Shown here in pieces: positions 41,829 to 52,680 of a stretch of 64,000 bases of DNA (position 1 is the first letter of the stretch; the number at the start of each line of letters is the position of its first letter). Source of the stretch: Sedimentisphaerales bacterium (lineage in GTDB: Bacteria; Planctomycetota; Phycisphaerae; Sedimentisphaerales; SM23-30). The notes beneath the pieces were generated by a model, which ran no database searches, was not told the DNA's origin, and was given only the letters and a program-made list of their open reading frames with translations. The position numbers and the translations under genes are program-made. The stretch lies in the NCBI GenBank assembly GCA_963663805.2, contig CAXXMR010000018.1, forward strand, positions 96,001-160,000, in the 5' to 3' direction.

Positions 41829-42644
41829 TTAGGGGGTATCGAGGGTCTGTTCGAGGAATTTTTTTCGCCATTTTCCGGGCGAGACTTTGTGGTTTTTCTG
41901 GAACAGTCTGATAAAAAAGTTGACATCGTCGTATCCGCAGCGATGGGCGGCTTGTTTTACGGTCATATAAGGATTGAGCAGGTACCGGCAGGCCAACTGC
42001 ATACGCTGCTTTTGCTGGTACTGAATGGGGCTGCAACCGAGATGTTTTTTGAAGAGCTTGGTCAGATAACTGGCGCTAATATCAACGTTTTCAGCGATTT
42101 CCTCGACGGCGATGGGTTCGATGAGGTGGTTCTGAATATAATCAAGTGCTTTTTGAGCACGGGGGTGGATTTCGACGGTGTCCTGCTGATGCTGCTCGAT
42201 TTGTTTGATGCGGGAAATGATGGCCTGGAGCAATCCGACAGCAATTTCAGTATAGGAATCACTATTATATATTACAGTATGGAGGTCGATGATGTCTTCG
42301 AGCCAGCGGGTGAGGTAGGTTTCGTTTTTGAGGGAAATAATGCGGAATAAAGTGTCAAAGATTTCCGGGGCATGGTAGAAGCCAACGTAGGAAGTGCCGA
42401 CATATTCATTTTCGATTTGCCAGTGGGATAGTCGAGGTGGGATTATAACGAGTTTACCAGCTGTAGCGGTCAGGGTCTTGTCTTCGGATTTGATAATGGT
42501 TGTGCCCTGAGTTACGAGTATTAGTTCGGTAAAATCGTGGGCGTGAGAACGAACGTTAGTATTGGCTAATCGGTGTCCCGCCGAATAGGCGTGAGGGATG
42601 CCGAAGTAGTTGACGGTTTTTGCTTTGGGAAAAGGTTGGGCCAT
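41829..42644 (-). CDS. AraC-family regulator with cupin sensor
   Basis: HAHDFTEL; SYLTKLFKK...GYDDVNFFIRLFQK. Confidence 0.92.
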   Translation of the reverse strand: MAQPFPKAKTVNYFGIPHAYSAGHRLANTNVRSHAHDFTELILVTQGTTIIKSEDKTLTATAGKLVIIPPRLSHWQIENEYVGTSYVGFYHAPEIFDTLFRIISLKNETYLTRWLEDIIDLHTVIYNSDSYTEIAVGLLQAIISRIKQIEQHQQDTVEIHPRAQKALDYIQNHLIEPIAVEEIAENVDISASYLTKLFKKHLGCSPIQYQQKQRMQLACRYLLNPYMTVKQAAHRCGYDDVNFFIRLFQKNHKVSPGKWRKKFLEQTLDTP

Positions 42645-42832
42645 TACTACGGTTCTCCAGTACTTGTAATTCAGCAGCCGAGTCGATTATCGGTCAGTCG
42701 CGGTTGCCGCCTCTATAATGATGGTATGATACAAGCATTTGGGTGTGAATGGCAAGTTAAATGCTGTTTTGTGCTATAAAATTGCTTGTTTGTGGTGTTG
42801 TTTCGGCATGTTTTATCAGTTAAGATATAAGC

Positions 42833-43897
42833 ATGAGTAGTAACAGGGAAAAACACCATATCGATATGCCCGCATATAGTGAGTACGGCTATGTTGGTTC
42901 AGCTAAGGGGCGGGGAACTTTGCCGATGATTATTGATACAGATTTGGGTAATGATATCGATGACGCTTTGGCATTGATACTGGCTCATGCACTGGAGCGG
43001 AACGGTGAATGTGAGCTGCGGGGGGTGATGGTTAATAAGGATAATCCTTATTCGCCGGCACTGGTTGATGTTATCAATACTTTTAACGGTCGGGGAGATA
43101 TTCCTATTGGTATGGTACGGGAGGGTAAGACTCCGGAAGACGGCTTGTTTCTTAAGCCGATAGTTGAGGCGCGTGATGGAGATTGTCTGAAGTATCCGAG
43201 GACGTTTCTTAACTATCCTGTTTCAGCCGTAACTCTTTATCGGCGGTTATTATCGGAAGCCCAGGATAATTCTCTGGTGATCGTGAGCATAGGGTTCTTT
43301 ACGAATCTGGCGGCATTGCTGGAGACGGGGCCTGATAAGTTTTCGGAGTTAAACGGGGTGGAACTGGTAGCTCGTAAGGTTAAAATGCTTTCGATTATGG
43401 CGGGAGATTTCCGCGAAGAAGCCCTTACGCGTCAAAGTGAGGAATACGCGGAATTCAATGTGCGGTACGATATTGAGGCTGCTCAGAAGGTTTGCCGCGA
43501 TTGGCCGGGCACGATTATTTTTAGTGGGCTGGAGGTCGGACTGGGTATTCTTTATCCTTCTGAGAGCATATCGAATGATTTTGATTGGTGTGAAAATCAT
43601 CCGGTAGTGGATGGTTATCGTTTGTATGACAAGATGCCTTATGACAGACCTTGCTGGGATTTGACCAGTATTTTGTATCCGGTTCGGATGGAGGCGGGGT
43701 ATTTTGATTTATCAGAACGGGGCCGGGTTTCGGTATCGGATATCGGCGTAACCAGTTTCAGTACTGATATTCAGGGCAGCCATCAGTATTTGATCAATAT
43801 ACCTGAAAAGATTCCGGTAATTCAGGGTGTGATGCGTTCGCTTTGTTCTCATTCGCCTGAAAGCGTCGATAATGTCAGACCTGTTATTCTGAAATAA
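42833..43897 (+). CDS. nucleoside hydrolase family protein (start may be ~42926)
   Basis: IIDTDLGNDIDDALAL, IGFFTNLA, IMAG, EFNV, WDL. Confidence 0.88.
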   Translation: MSSNREKHHIDMPAYSEYGYVGSAKGRGTLPMIIDTDLGNDIDDALALILAHALERNGECELRGVMVNKDNPYSPALVDVINTFNGRGDIPIGMVREGKTPEDGLFLKPIVEARDGDCLKYPRTFLNYPVSAVTLYRRLLSEAQDNSLVIVSIGFFTNLAALLETGPDKFSELNGVELVARKVKMLSIMAGDFREEALTRQSEEYAEFNVRYDIEAAQKVCRDWPGTIIFSGLEVGLGILYPSESISNDFDWCENHPVVDGYRLYDKMPYDRPCWDLTSILYPVRMEAGYFDLSERGRVSVSDIGVTSFSTDIQGSHQYLINIPEKIPVIQGVMRSLCSHSPESVDNVRPVILK

Positions 43898-44120
43898 TAT
43901 CGGAACCGGACACGGGTGAATAATTACTTTGGGGTGCGGGGGGATTTTTTTTGCATTTCTATCTTCTTTAATATCAAGTGGTTATCTGTGTTGCTACAGG
44001 GTTGGTGATAGTGATAAAACTTTATTTTATGAGCGGGTAATTATCGTACTTTCGGAAGTCGAAAAGCATTGTAGGTGAAGTTACACCAATTACAAAAGGT
44101 CGCAGGTGGTTTTGTAAAAA

Positions 44121-46901
44121 ATGCTATTTGACAACAAATTTAATTTTGGGATACGGTTTGTCAATTTATTCGCGTGGACAGTCTGGTTGGCTTTGGTGTT
44201 TGCTGCGGGTGAGTATTCGTCCGGAGTTGAGTCCGATAATTATGATAATGCTCCGGTTCAAAGTGCGGCTGTATTAGACCCTCAAATGTCTGGTGAACTG
44301 GTGAAAATCGGGGTGCTGTCTCATCAGGGCTGTGGGAATTGTATGGACCGCTGGAAACCAACCGCGGATTTCCTTACGGAAAAAATCAAGGGCTATAGAT
44401 TTGAAATAGTTCCTCTGGAATTCAAAGAGATTGATTCTGCGGTCAAAGCTAACGAGGTTGATTTTGTACTGGCTAATCCCGCGATTTACTATGCGATGGA
44501 AGTCAAGTATGAATTCGGTCGTGTTGTTACTCTGAAAAACAAAAGCAGCAGTGGTGGAGTTGTGACATTGTTTGGCGGAGTGATATTCTGCCGTTCAAAC
44601 CGCAGCGATATTCAAGCAATCAGTGATTTGCGGGGCAAAAGTTTTATGGGGGTGGAGGAGAACTCTTTTGGCGGCTGGCTAATGGCCTGCCGTGAATTGA
44701 ATAGTCTGGGAATCGATTATCATTCAGACTTTTTGACAGTTAGTTTTGGTGGTACGCATGACAGTGTTGTATACGCAGTGTTGGATGGTAGAGTTGATGC
44801 CGGGACGGTTCGTACGGATACTCTGGAGAGAATGGCTGGTCAAGGGTTAATAAATCTTACTGATTTTCGGGTTCTTTATGGCGAAGATGAGCATGTCGCT
44901 ATTCATGACAAAAATCATGACGGTTTTGGTTTCAGGCATAGTACGCGTTTGTATCCTGAATGGCCCCTGGCCAAGACCCGGAAAACCCCGGATGAGCTCG
45001 CCGAAAAGGTTACCGTTGCTTTGATATCAATGTCTGCTGATGACCCCGCCGCTCGTGCTGCCCAAAGTGCTGGATGGACGGTTCCTATGCAGTATTCGGA
45101 AGTGGAGCATTGTCTTCAGGAATTGCGGATTTCACCTTATGAGGACTACGGCAAGATAACCCATGCGGAGGTAGTAAAGAAATACTGGCCTTTATTGGCG
45201 GCTTTGGTGGCGGTGAGCTTAGTGTTTGTTCTGTATCTGGCGCATACCCGGAATCTAAACGCAAAACTACAAATTGAAATACAAGATCGCAAAGAAGCTG
45301 AAGGGCGACTGACTTTGGCTTATGATAATCTCAAGGTTATATTGGAAAAAGCGCCTTTTGGAGTAACAATAGTTGACAAGCAACGCAGTATCCGGTGGGT
45401 CAATGATACGGTGGTTAAAATGGTCGGGGTGGAAGACGCTTCATTGATATTGCACAGCAGTTGCAAGAAATATCTTTGCGAAAAAGGTCAAAAGGAATGT
45501 CCGGTTCTGGATTTGGGGCGGTGTGTACAAAATTCAGAGCGTATATTACGTCGTGAAGATGGCACAGAAATCCCTGTCTTGAAGACGGTCACCGAAATTA
45601 ATATAGGTGGCGAAGATTTGCTGATGGAGACATTTTATGACATTGCGGAGCAAAAGGAAGCTCAGGAGCAGTTGCTGAAGATAAACGAGCATTTGCAGGA
45701 CGCAACCGCCCGGGCAAATCACATGGCGGCTCAGGCGGAAATGGCGAATTTGTCGAAAAGTCAATTTTTGGCGAATATGAGTCACGAGATACGTACGCCG
45801 ATGAACGGGATTTTAGGGTTTGCTGAGCTGTTGGCCATGGATGATTTGACCGAGGAGCAGCTTGATTATGTTCATACGATATATAATTCGGGCGAGGTTT
45901 TACTGAAGCTGATAAACGATATTCTTGATTTCTCGAAGATCGAAGCGGGCAAGATGGATATGGAAGTAATCGATTGTTCGCTGGAAGGTCTTCTCAAGGA
46001 TATTAGTTTGTTGTTTAAGCCGATGGCTGCCAACAAGAATCTGGAATTTAAGGTTGTTCATCTGACTTCTCTGCCGCGTGACATAAAGACAGACCCGACG
46101 CGTGTGAAGCAGTGTTTGACGAATCTGGTAAATAACGCGCTGAAATTCACGGATGAGGGTCATGTATATATCAAGACGCAGGTTTTGGAGCGGGGCGGCG
46201 ATTTGTTCCTGAAATTTGAGGTTGAAGATACTGGTATTGGTATTGCAAAGAATAAACTTGAATCGATATTCGATTCGTTTTCTCAGGCGGACAACAGCAC
46301 GACTCGGAAATTTGGCGGTACCGGCCTGGGTTTGACGATAACCAAACGTCTGGCAGAGTTGCTGGGTGGTGAGGTTGTGGTTGGTAGTGAGGTTGGACTT
46401 GGTTCAACATTTTCTCTGTTGATTCCGGCAGGTATAGAAAGTTTTGGGCCGGACAGTGAAATTCGAGAGGATTTCGGCGGCAGGATGGGGTTTGGCCAAA
46501 GCACTATGGCCAAACAGTATGCGGGCAAGGTGCTGGTTGTTGAAGATGTGCCGTCCAATCAGATTTTGCTGCGTTCGATGCTTAATAAACTGGGGGTTGA
46601 CCCGGTGATTGTAAATGACGGGAAAGAAGCTATCAGAGAGATAAACAAGAACAGTTACGACCTTCTTCTTCTGGATATGCACATGCCGGTGCTGAACGGC
46701 TATGGTACGGCCGAGGCGTTGCGTCACGCGGGCTTCACTTTGCCGATAGTGGCTTTGACGGCAAACGCCATGAAAGGCGACGAAGAGAAATGTCTGGAGG
46801 CCGGCTGTGACGAGTATCTGGCCAAGCCGGTTAAACTCGCGAAGTTACGCGATATTGTGGACCGCTACCTTAAGGTTGCCGAAGTCGATGCTGGAGTCTG
46901 A
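44121..46901 (+). CDS. hybrid sensor histidine kinase: PhnD-like periplasmic binding domain, TM, PAS, HisKA, HATPase, REC
   Basis: [56 protein letters not shown]. Confidence 0.93.
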   Translation: MLFDNKFNFGIRFVNLFAWTVWLALVFAAGEYSSGVESDNYDNAPVQSAAVLDPQMSGELVKIGVLSHQGCGNCMDRWKPTADFLTEKIKGYRFEIVPLEFKEIDSAVKANEVDFVLANPAIYYAMEVKYEFGRVVTLKNKSSSGGVVTLFGGVIFCRSNRSDIQAISDLRGKSFMGVEENSFGGWLMACRELNSLGIDYHSDFLTVSFGGTHDSVVYAVLDGRVDAGTVRTDTLERMAGQGLINLTDFRVLYGEDEHVAIHDKNHDGFGFRHSTRLYPEWPLAKTRKTPDELAEKVTVALISMSADDPAARAAQSAGWTVPMQYSEVEHCLQELRISPYEDYGKITHAEVVKKYWPLLAALVAVSLVFVLYLAHTRNLNAKLQIEIQDRKEAEGRLTLAYDNLKVILEKAPFGVTIVDKQRSIRWVNDTVVKMVGVEDASLILHSSCKKYLCEKGQKECPVLDLGRCVQNSERILRREDGTEIPVLKTVTEINIGGEDLLMETFYDIAEQKEAQEQLLKINEHLQDATARANHMAAQAEMANLSKSQFLANMSHEIRTPMNGILGFAELLAMDDLTEEQLDYVHTIYNSGEVLLKLINDILDFSKIEAGKMDMEVIDCSLEGLLKDISLLFKPMAANKNLEFKVVHLTSLPRDIKTDPTRVKQCLTNLVNNALKFTDEGHVYIKTQVLERGGDLFLKFEVEDTGIGIAKNKLESIFDSFSQADNSTTRKFGGTGLGLTITKRLAELLGGEVVVGSEVGLGSTFSLLIPAGIESFGPDSEIREDFGGRMGFGQSTMAKQYAGKVLVVEDVPSNQILLRSMLNKLGVDPVIVNDGKEAIREINKNSYDLLLLDMHMPVLNGYGTAEALRHAGFTLPIVALTANAMKGDEEKCLEAGCDEYLAKPVKLAKLRDIVDRYLKVAEVDAGV

Positions 46902-46940
46902 TTTGGGTTTAGCAAAGTAAGTTATTTATAGGAGTTCGAT

Positions 46941-47348
46941 ATGAACGTTTTGATTGACTGGGTGGCTGAACTAGAAACAGGTATAGACGAAATTGACAAG
47001 CAGCATAAAGTGCTGGTCAGGATGATTAACAATCTTCACCAGGCTATATTGAAAGATGAAACTGAATCCGCCATTAAAATGATTGTGCATGATATGGTGG
47101 TTTATGTCCAGATGCATTTTCAGACCGAAGAAGATTTGATGGATAAATATGACTATCCGTTGATGGCTTTACACAAACAGGAACACAGTAAATTTGTGGC
47201 TAAGACGCTGGATTTCAAGGAGGCATCAGACCGGAGCGAGGAAAATATTTCTTATAAGGTAATGGATTATTTGCAGAGTTGGTTGGTGAGTCACATATTG
47301 GATACTGACAAGAATCTGGGGCGTTATCTGCTGGGCAAAGGAGTTTAG
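46941..47348 (+). CDS. bacteriohemerythrin
   Basis: IDKQHK, HFQTEE, HKQEH, WLVSHILDTD. Confidence 0.93.
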   Translation: MNVLIDWVAELETGIDEIDKQHKVLVRMINNLHQAILKDETESAIKMIVHDMVVYVQMHFQTEEDLMDKYDYPLMALHKQEHSKFVAKTLDFKEASDRSEENISYKVMDYLQSWLVSHILDTDKNLGRYLLGKGV

Positions 47349-47390
47349 TTTTTTTCAGGTTGCAGTTGCAATTCGCCGAGATTGGATAAT

Positions 47391-47424
47391 AAAAAGGGCA
47401 GGATGACGCGATGGTCACCCTGCC
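47391..47424 (-). terminator. intrinsic terminator
   Basis: GGCAGGGTGAC...GTCATCCTGCC-CTTTTT downstream of 47451. Confidence 0.7.
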
Positions 47425-47450
47425 TGAAATAATGATTGTTAAACAGGGGA

Positions 47451-49181
47451 TTAATTGTTCTGTTGCCGATTCATCTGTTGCTGCATCTGCATTTGCATCT
47501 GCATCTGGAAGGTCATGGCCGCCATTACGCCACTCTGGATGAGTTCGTTGGGGATGACGAGTTTGACGCGGGCCAGGCCATCGTCAACAACTTTACTGGC
47601 CGCGACGGTGCCTTTGACCTGAGATAGCATGCCCATCATCATTTGGGCTTCCATGGGCATGTTCGGGTTGCCCATCGAGGCCTGCATCATGTTACCGACG
47701 TTCATGAACATATAAACATTAGCTTTTTTGGGCAGTACCTGAGTGAGTTTTTTGATTTGCTCGTTCTGGTTGAGTGAGTTTGCCCCGGCACTTTCGAAGG
47801 TCAGTAGTTTTTCGAGTCCGTCGCCGGTGCCGACTGCGACATGTGTATCGTCAATTTTGGCGAGCTGTTCGGTGAACATGGCCTGGCCGCCCCATTGAGC
47901 CGCCAAGGCATCTAGTGCTTCCTTGGGCATGTCCATCTGGGACATATCTACCGTCAGCTCACTATAGTCCTTGCCGGCGACGGTGCCTGCCTTAGCTTTG
48001 TAGCTCATTGCGATCTCAAATCCTAAGGATTTCATTAGATTTGAAATGGCCGGCGAAACCGATGACATGTATTCCATCAATTTGTCCGAATCCTTCGATT
48101 TGGAAATGCCCATCATTGTCGGCATTGTCGCTTTGGTGGGATCGGTATTTTCGGGCATATACTGGGCCATGATGCCGGTGCTGCAAATTTCTGTGCTTTT
48201 TGCCATGATGTCCTTGATGGCGGCGATATTTTCGGCACCGAGCTTTTCCTGAATCTCCGCGTCTTCAGCCAGGGTGTCAATGACGGCATTGATAGCCGGA
48301 GTAAGTACGTCGGTGTCCATCTCGACTGCGTAGGCCAACATGAAATTGCCATCGGGCAGTTTCGACAAAGACGAAGGTGGGATGGTGGGGTGATTCTGCA
48401 TTACCGAGGCGAGTTTGCTATTTTCTACGGCTTTGAAGTTCATGTCAATGAGGATTTTTTCCGGTGCCAGAGTGATAGCCAGGCCCAGCCCTTCAAATTC
48501 GGTTACCCGGTCGATAATCATATTGGCAAGCTTGACACGGGCCGGGTGGTTCTGGATTTCGGGTATCTGGGCGATTTTGCCCAGGGCCATTCCTTTGAGG
48601 ATGGGCATTACAGTTGTTAGATTAACGTTAGCGGCAATGTCGCCGGAGTTGAAGATCTCGCTGTCGGCTGAACTGAGTTTGGCGCCTTTGGGCCCATTTT
48701 TGATGGTTGTCAGAGTAATCGAACTGGGGCTGAAAACCAGATAGTCGCCGTCGGCCATAAGGTTGACATCATCCTGAAGTTTGTAAACGCCGTCGGCAAG
48801 TGCTTGTTTTTCGGGAATTGCCTCAAGTGTCGCAGCCGCATCATTGACGGGCAGATATATCGCCATGCTGTTTTCGGGATCGAGGATATTCAACATGGTT
48901 ATTGCCATGGGCCTGCTAGAGTCGATTTGCCCCTGAGCGGGAAAGCCGGGCAATTTCACCATGTCTTTGAGATCGATGGGCTCCTGAATGGGGATACCAA
49001 TTTGGCGGACGAACAAGTCGATTTTGGTATTGAGTTCGGAGATGGGTTTACTGACGGCCACGACGGTGGCATTGGCGGGCATCTTTTCGAGTACTTCAGG
49101 GGCCGCCTGAAGATTGGTGGTTATCAGTACCAGAAACGTTAGAAAAACAGAAAACGTTTTGATGTTCAAAATTTTCGTCAT
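47451..49181 (-). CDS. secreted hypothetical protein with Gln/Met-repeat tail
   Basis: Signal peptide MTKILNIK...LQA after an AGGAG RBS; ends QMQMQMQMQQQMNRQQNN. Confidence 0.75.
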   Translation of the reverse strand: MTKILNIKTFSVFLTFLVLITTNLQAAPEVLEKMPANATVVAVSKPISELNTKIDLFVRQIGIPIQEPIDLKDMVKLPGFPAQGQIDSSRPMAITMLNILDPENSMAIYLPVNDAAATLEAIPEKQALADGVYKLQDDVNLMADGDYLVFSPSSITLTTIKNGPKGAKLSSADSEIFNSGDIAANVNLTTVMPILKGMALGKIAQIPEIQNHPARVKLANMIIDRVTEFEGLGLAITLAPEKILIDMNFKAVENSKLASVMQNHPTIPPSSLSKLPDGNFMLAYAVEMDTDVLTPAINAVIDTLAEDAEIQEKLGAENIAAIKDIMAKSTEICSTGIMAQYMPENTDPTKATMPTMMGISKSKDSDKLMEYMSSVSPAISNLMKSLGFEIAMSYKAKAGTVAGKDYSELTVDMSQMDMPKEALDALAAQWGGQAMFTEQLAKIDDTHVAVGTGDGLEKLLTFESAGANSLNQNEQIKKLTQVLPKKANVYMFMNVGNMMQASMGNPNMPMEAQMMMGMLSQVKGTVAASKVVDDGLARVKLVIPNELIQSGVMAAMTFQMQMQMQMQQQMNRQQNN

Positions 49182-49613
49182 AGCTGTCTCCTTGTCATAA
49201 AATGTTACAATTACTTCGTCCGGTAATCCTACCAGGAATACCTTTTGTATACATAACTTGTCAGCGGCCCGAGGTAAAGCCGTAAACATGAAAGAACATT
49301 ATATCGTGATTATCGGGCCTGTCACTGTTGAAATTACGCTGGTTGCTATAGATTTTTGGCAGGTAAAAAACAGGTAAAAATTTTACCAACAAATGCTCCA
49401 TGCTCTCAAACTGACTATCACAGTTATCGTTAAGTCGTTTGAAACAGGCGTAATGTTACAAAAATTAAAACTTTTTTTAAGAAAATCAAATTATCGATTT
49501 GCTATAACAATGATTTTGTATACAATTACGCCCGGTCGGACCCCGTAGAAGTACGGAGTAGAGAAAATAACAAAAAAAATACCCAAAAATGCCTTCTGTT
49601 GATAAGAATGCCC

Positions 49614-49642
49614 TTGACCGGAGTGTCTTATAGGCATATAGT
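49614..49642 (+). promoter_or_regulatory. sigma70-type promoter of the Rrf2 gene
   Basis: TTGACC-N17-TATAGT. Confidence 0.6.
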
Positions 49643-49686
49643 ATAGTAGTTTTAGTAGTCTTTTTAGCGAAAGAGAAGGAGTCGTT

Positions 49687-50163
49687 ATGAAATTAGCTAC
49701 GCGAGTAAGATATGGTGTTAGAGCCATGATTGAGCTGGCAAAGGTGAGAGATGGTAAACCTGTGTCGCTACGCAAGTTAGCGGAAAATCAGGGGGTTTCG
49801 TCCAAATACCTGGAGCAGATGGCTACGGCACTTAAACACGCGGGACTGCTGGACAGTGTCAGAGGCGCAGAGGGTGGATACAAGCTGGGCAAACCAGCCT
49901 CAGAGATTACGGTCTGGGATATTTACAAGGTTCTGGATACTGCCGTTTCGACGGCGGACTGCGTGGACGGTCCGTGTGAGCGTGATATTATCTGCTCAGC
50001 CAAGGAACTATGGGTCGATGTTTCCAAGGCTATCGAAGGAGTCCTTCATAAGCACTCTCTGGGCGAGCTGGCCGAAAAAGAACTGAAGCTGGAAGCGAAA
50101 AACCCGGACTTCAAGCCCGAAATCAAGCGATTGCCCTGTTCTCGCGGCGACAAGAAGATTTAA
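49687..50163 (+). CDS. Rrf2-family regulator (IscR/CymR-like, three Cys)
   Basis: RYGVRAMIELA, YLEQ, SVRGAEGGYKL, CVDGPCERDIIC. Confidence 0.92.
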   Translation: MKLATRVRYGVRAMIELAKVRDGKPVSLRKLAENQGVSSKYLEQMATALKHAGLLDSVRGAEGGYKLGKPASEITVWDIYKVLDTAVSTADCVDGPCERDIICSAKELWVDVSKAIEGVLHKHSLGELAEKELKLEAKNPDFKPEIKRLPCSRGDKKI

Positions 50164-50223
50164 GCAGTTTTAAGCAACAACTATTAGCTGCATTTGTTAC
50201 TCAGAGACAGGGTAAGGAGTCCG

Positions 50224-52401
50224 ATGTCGATAACTGGCGATGCTTCTGGTGTTTGGGCTGAAGAATTCTCCAAACTTACCAGTCAGCTGAAAAACCTGAT
50301 CGATACCAACCGCCCTGCCGAAGCGTTGCAATTAATCGCAAACAGCAAGACTCGGATTAAATCTCCGGGTCTTGTTTTTTTATTGGAAGGTGTCGCTCTG
50401 GCCCTGACCGGTCCGCTCGCCGAATCGGACGGCAAAATGCGTCAGGCCAAACAGGTTCTAGCCGACGCGGAGCTTCCGGCATGTCAGTCATTGTATTCAG
50501 CCTTGTGGGTCAACGTGCAGCGGGCTCTTTCCCGCCGCGAAAGGGGGGCGACGGCTTTTGCTTATACAAATTATAAGAGTAACCTGAAGGTGCTAAAAAA
50601 AGTTGACCCCAAACTGGCCGATGAGGTTCAGGCAGCCGACTGGCCCGAGCATCAATTTTGTATCGAGCTTTGGGAGGGCCTCTATCTGTTCGATGAACAG
50701 GCCGGAGGGCTTTTGATTTTACCGGAAGAGACCCGGACCGGTTTCGACAAGAAAACCGGCTCACGTACCCCGATAGGTATTGGGGCCGTTGTGACCGGTC
50801 AGGAAGCGATTTATTGCCTGCGGCATCGTTACGATGGTTTCATGACCATGGCCCGGGCTCATTATGTTTTCGAGTCGGACGTGGTCAAAATAAAGACCAT
50901 GCTGCATCTGGCGGATTTCAGTGAGAATATGCGTAACAATGAGCTGTTCATCTTCGGCGGCAGTTCGCTCGGTGACCGCATTGCCGAGGTGTTCGGCAGC
51001 TATCGTTATCCGCCCCCGCCGGACTTGATGGGGTTCCCGGACAAGGTCAAAGAGTATATCGAAAAGGTCGATGCAGCCCTGAACTGGAATGATTTATCCG
51101 AAAAGGTACGCGGCTATTATAAATCCGCTGAATATCGCGTGCGTTTAAAACAGATTCAAACAGGCAAACTTATGCCGCGAATATTAGTCGTCGCTTGTCG
51201 CTGGACCACATTCTTGCAGTATTGCTGTACGGATTTCATGAAGGCGTTCGAGCTGGTCGGCTGCGAATGTCGCTATCTGATAGAGGAGGCGGACGCTCAA
51301 TGTCTGCTGGCTGGCACCTTCTGGAAAAATTTTGATGATTTCCAGCCCGACGCGGTCTTTATGGCCAGCCATGCCCGTCCCTCCTGGCCTTTCATGCCGG
51401 AAGAGATTCCCTGCATCAGTTTCATTCAGGATAAATGTCAGCCGCTTTTGGGTATCGGTGATCTGACCGGCCGGGTAGGGAGGCATGATTTGTTCGCCTG
51501 CATGATGACCGATTTCCAAAACTATCTGACCAGTAAAAAACTGCCCGTCGACCAGACCTTTATCATGCCAGTCCCCGGCGATGAGAAAATGTTTTACCCT
51601 CTGGACGGCGATTTCAAACCGGATAATAAATTCAGTGCCGACGTCGGCTTCGTCAAGCATGGTCAGGGTGGGGTCGCCAAAGTCCATGCCGAATTTGTGC
51701 AGAAGAATATCGAGTCGCAGGAAGATGTTCCCATGCGCCAGCGGCTGCGGGAGATAATGGCGGGGCTTTATAATGATATTTGTCTGGATGCGGGCTGCAC
51801 TTATAACGAGGAAGATATTTATCAGTACGCATTGGAACGCATCGGCCCGACTAATGATGAACTGCGTCATAATCTTCGCGGCCTGATGGCTCTGTATAAT
51901 ATCATGGTATATTGCAGTGCCTGGCGATTCAGATTTCTTGAGGCCCTGGATGAAGCGGGCGTTGATTTAGCTCTTTACGGCGGCGGCTGGCAGGACAATG
52001 ACCAGCTGGCCCATCTGGACCGCGGCCCCGTAAAACGTGATACCGAGCTTAACCAGGTCTATAATTTCAATCGTATCAACCTGAGCATTCACCATACCGC
52101 TACCATGCACCAGCGGCTGACCGAATGCGGTCTGGCTGGCGGCTTCATGATGATAACCGACCACCCACCCGACAGAGATTGGGAACCGGCCCGGAAGTAT
52201 TTCGAGGAAGATAAGGAATTAGTCTTTTTTGCCAGTCCCGTCGAGCTTATCGACAAGACCCGCTATTATCTGGCCCATCCCGACGAGCGAGCCGCCATCG
52301 CCGTGGCCATGCACCAGAAGGCCCTGAAATCCCTGAGTTGCCGGGCCGCCGCCGAGACCCTGCTGATACGCTTCCGCGAGCTGCTCGGTAAATGCCTTTA
52401 A
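50224..52401 (+). CDS. glycosyltransferase with C-terminal CgeB/Glyco_trans_1_2-like domain
   Basis: LYGGGW, RINLSIH, RLTECGLAGGF, YYLAHPDER..IA. Confidence 0.78.
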   Translation: MSITGDASGVWAEEFSKLTSQLKNLIDTNRPAEALQLIANSKTRIKSPGLVFLLEGVALALTGPLAESDGKMRQAKQVLADAELPACQSLYSALWVNVQRALSRRERGATAFAYTNYKSNLKVLKKVDPKLADEVQAADWPEHQFCIELWEGLYLFDEQAGGLLILPEETRTGFDKKTGSRTPIGIGAVVTGQEAIYCLRHRYDGFMTMARAHYVFESDVVKIKTMLHLADFSENMRNNELFIFGGSSLGDRIAEVFGSYRYPPPPDLMGFPDKVKEYIEKVDAALNWNDLSEKVRGYYKSAEYRVRLKQIQTGKLMPRILVVACRWTTFLQYCCTDFMKAFELVGCECRYLIEEADAQCLLAGTFWKNFDDFQPDAVFMASHARPSWPFMPEEIPCISFIQDKCQPLLGIGDLTGRVGRHDLFACMMTDFQNYLTSKKLPVDQTFIMPVPGDEKMFYPLDGDFKPDNKFSADVGFVKHGQGGVAKVHAEFVQKNIESQEDVPMRQRLREIMAGLYNDICLDAGCTYNEEDIYQYALERIGPTNDELRHNLRGLMALYNIMVYCSAWRFRFLEALDEAGVDLALYGGGWQDNDQLAHLDRGPVKRDTELNQVYNFNRINLSIHHTATMHQRLTECGLAGGFMMITDHPPDRDWEPARKYFEEDKELVFFASPVELIDKTRYYLAHPDERAAIAVAMHQKALKSLSCRAAAETLLIRFRELLGKCL

Positions 52402-52465
52402 CCCGAAACTTCCCAGTTGGGTCGGAACAACAATATTCTGCCGGTGCTCCTCTGGTTGTACCACG

Positions 52466-52561
52466 GTCCTTTCGGCGATAGCTCGGCATTGGCCGGACTT
52501 TGTTATCATACTCATTCTGCTTTTGGCCAACGCCGTGGTCGGATTCTGGGAAGAACATCAG
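52466..52561 (+). pseudogene. short remnant of a P-type H+-ATPase-like gene
   Basis: Reads VLSAIARHWPDFVIILILLLANAVVGFWEEHQ. Confidence 0.65.
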
Positions 52562-52573
52562 GTATGTAAACTG

Positions 52574-52680
52574 GTAACATTTTGCCAAGTGAAGCAAATT
52601 CTATAATTTTCGGGTTACATCAAAATCGGAAAACTGCCAAAACTGGCCGGCTTTGATGCTTCAATTGGCTAAAATATTAC
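52574..52680 (+). mobile_element. 107-bp MITE related to the 40954-41777 element
   Basis: Left ~40 bp and right ~65 bp both align to that element's ends (GTAACAT...TTAC). Confidence 0.85.

Noticed and set aside
41637..42350. 237-aa plus-strand ORF, and similar antisense ORFs across the window
   Set aside because: Shadow of the AraC gene or other well-supported genes on the opposite strand; no motifs.
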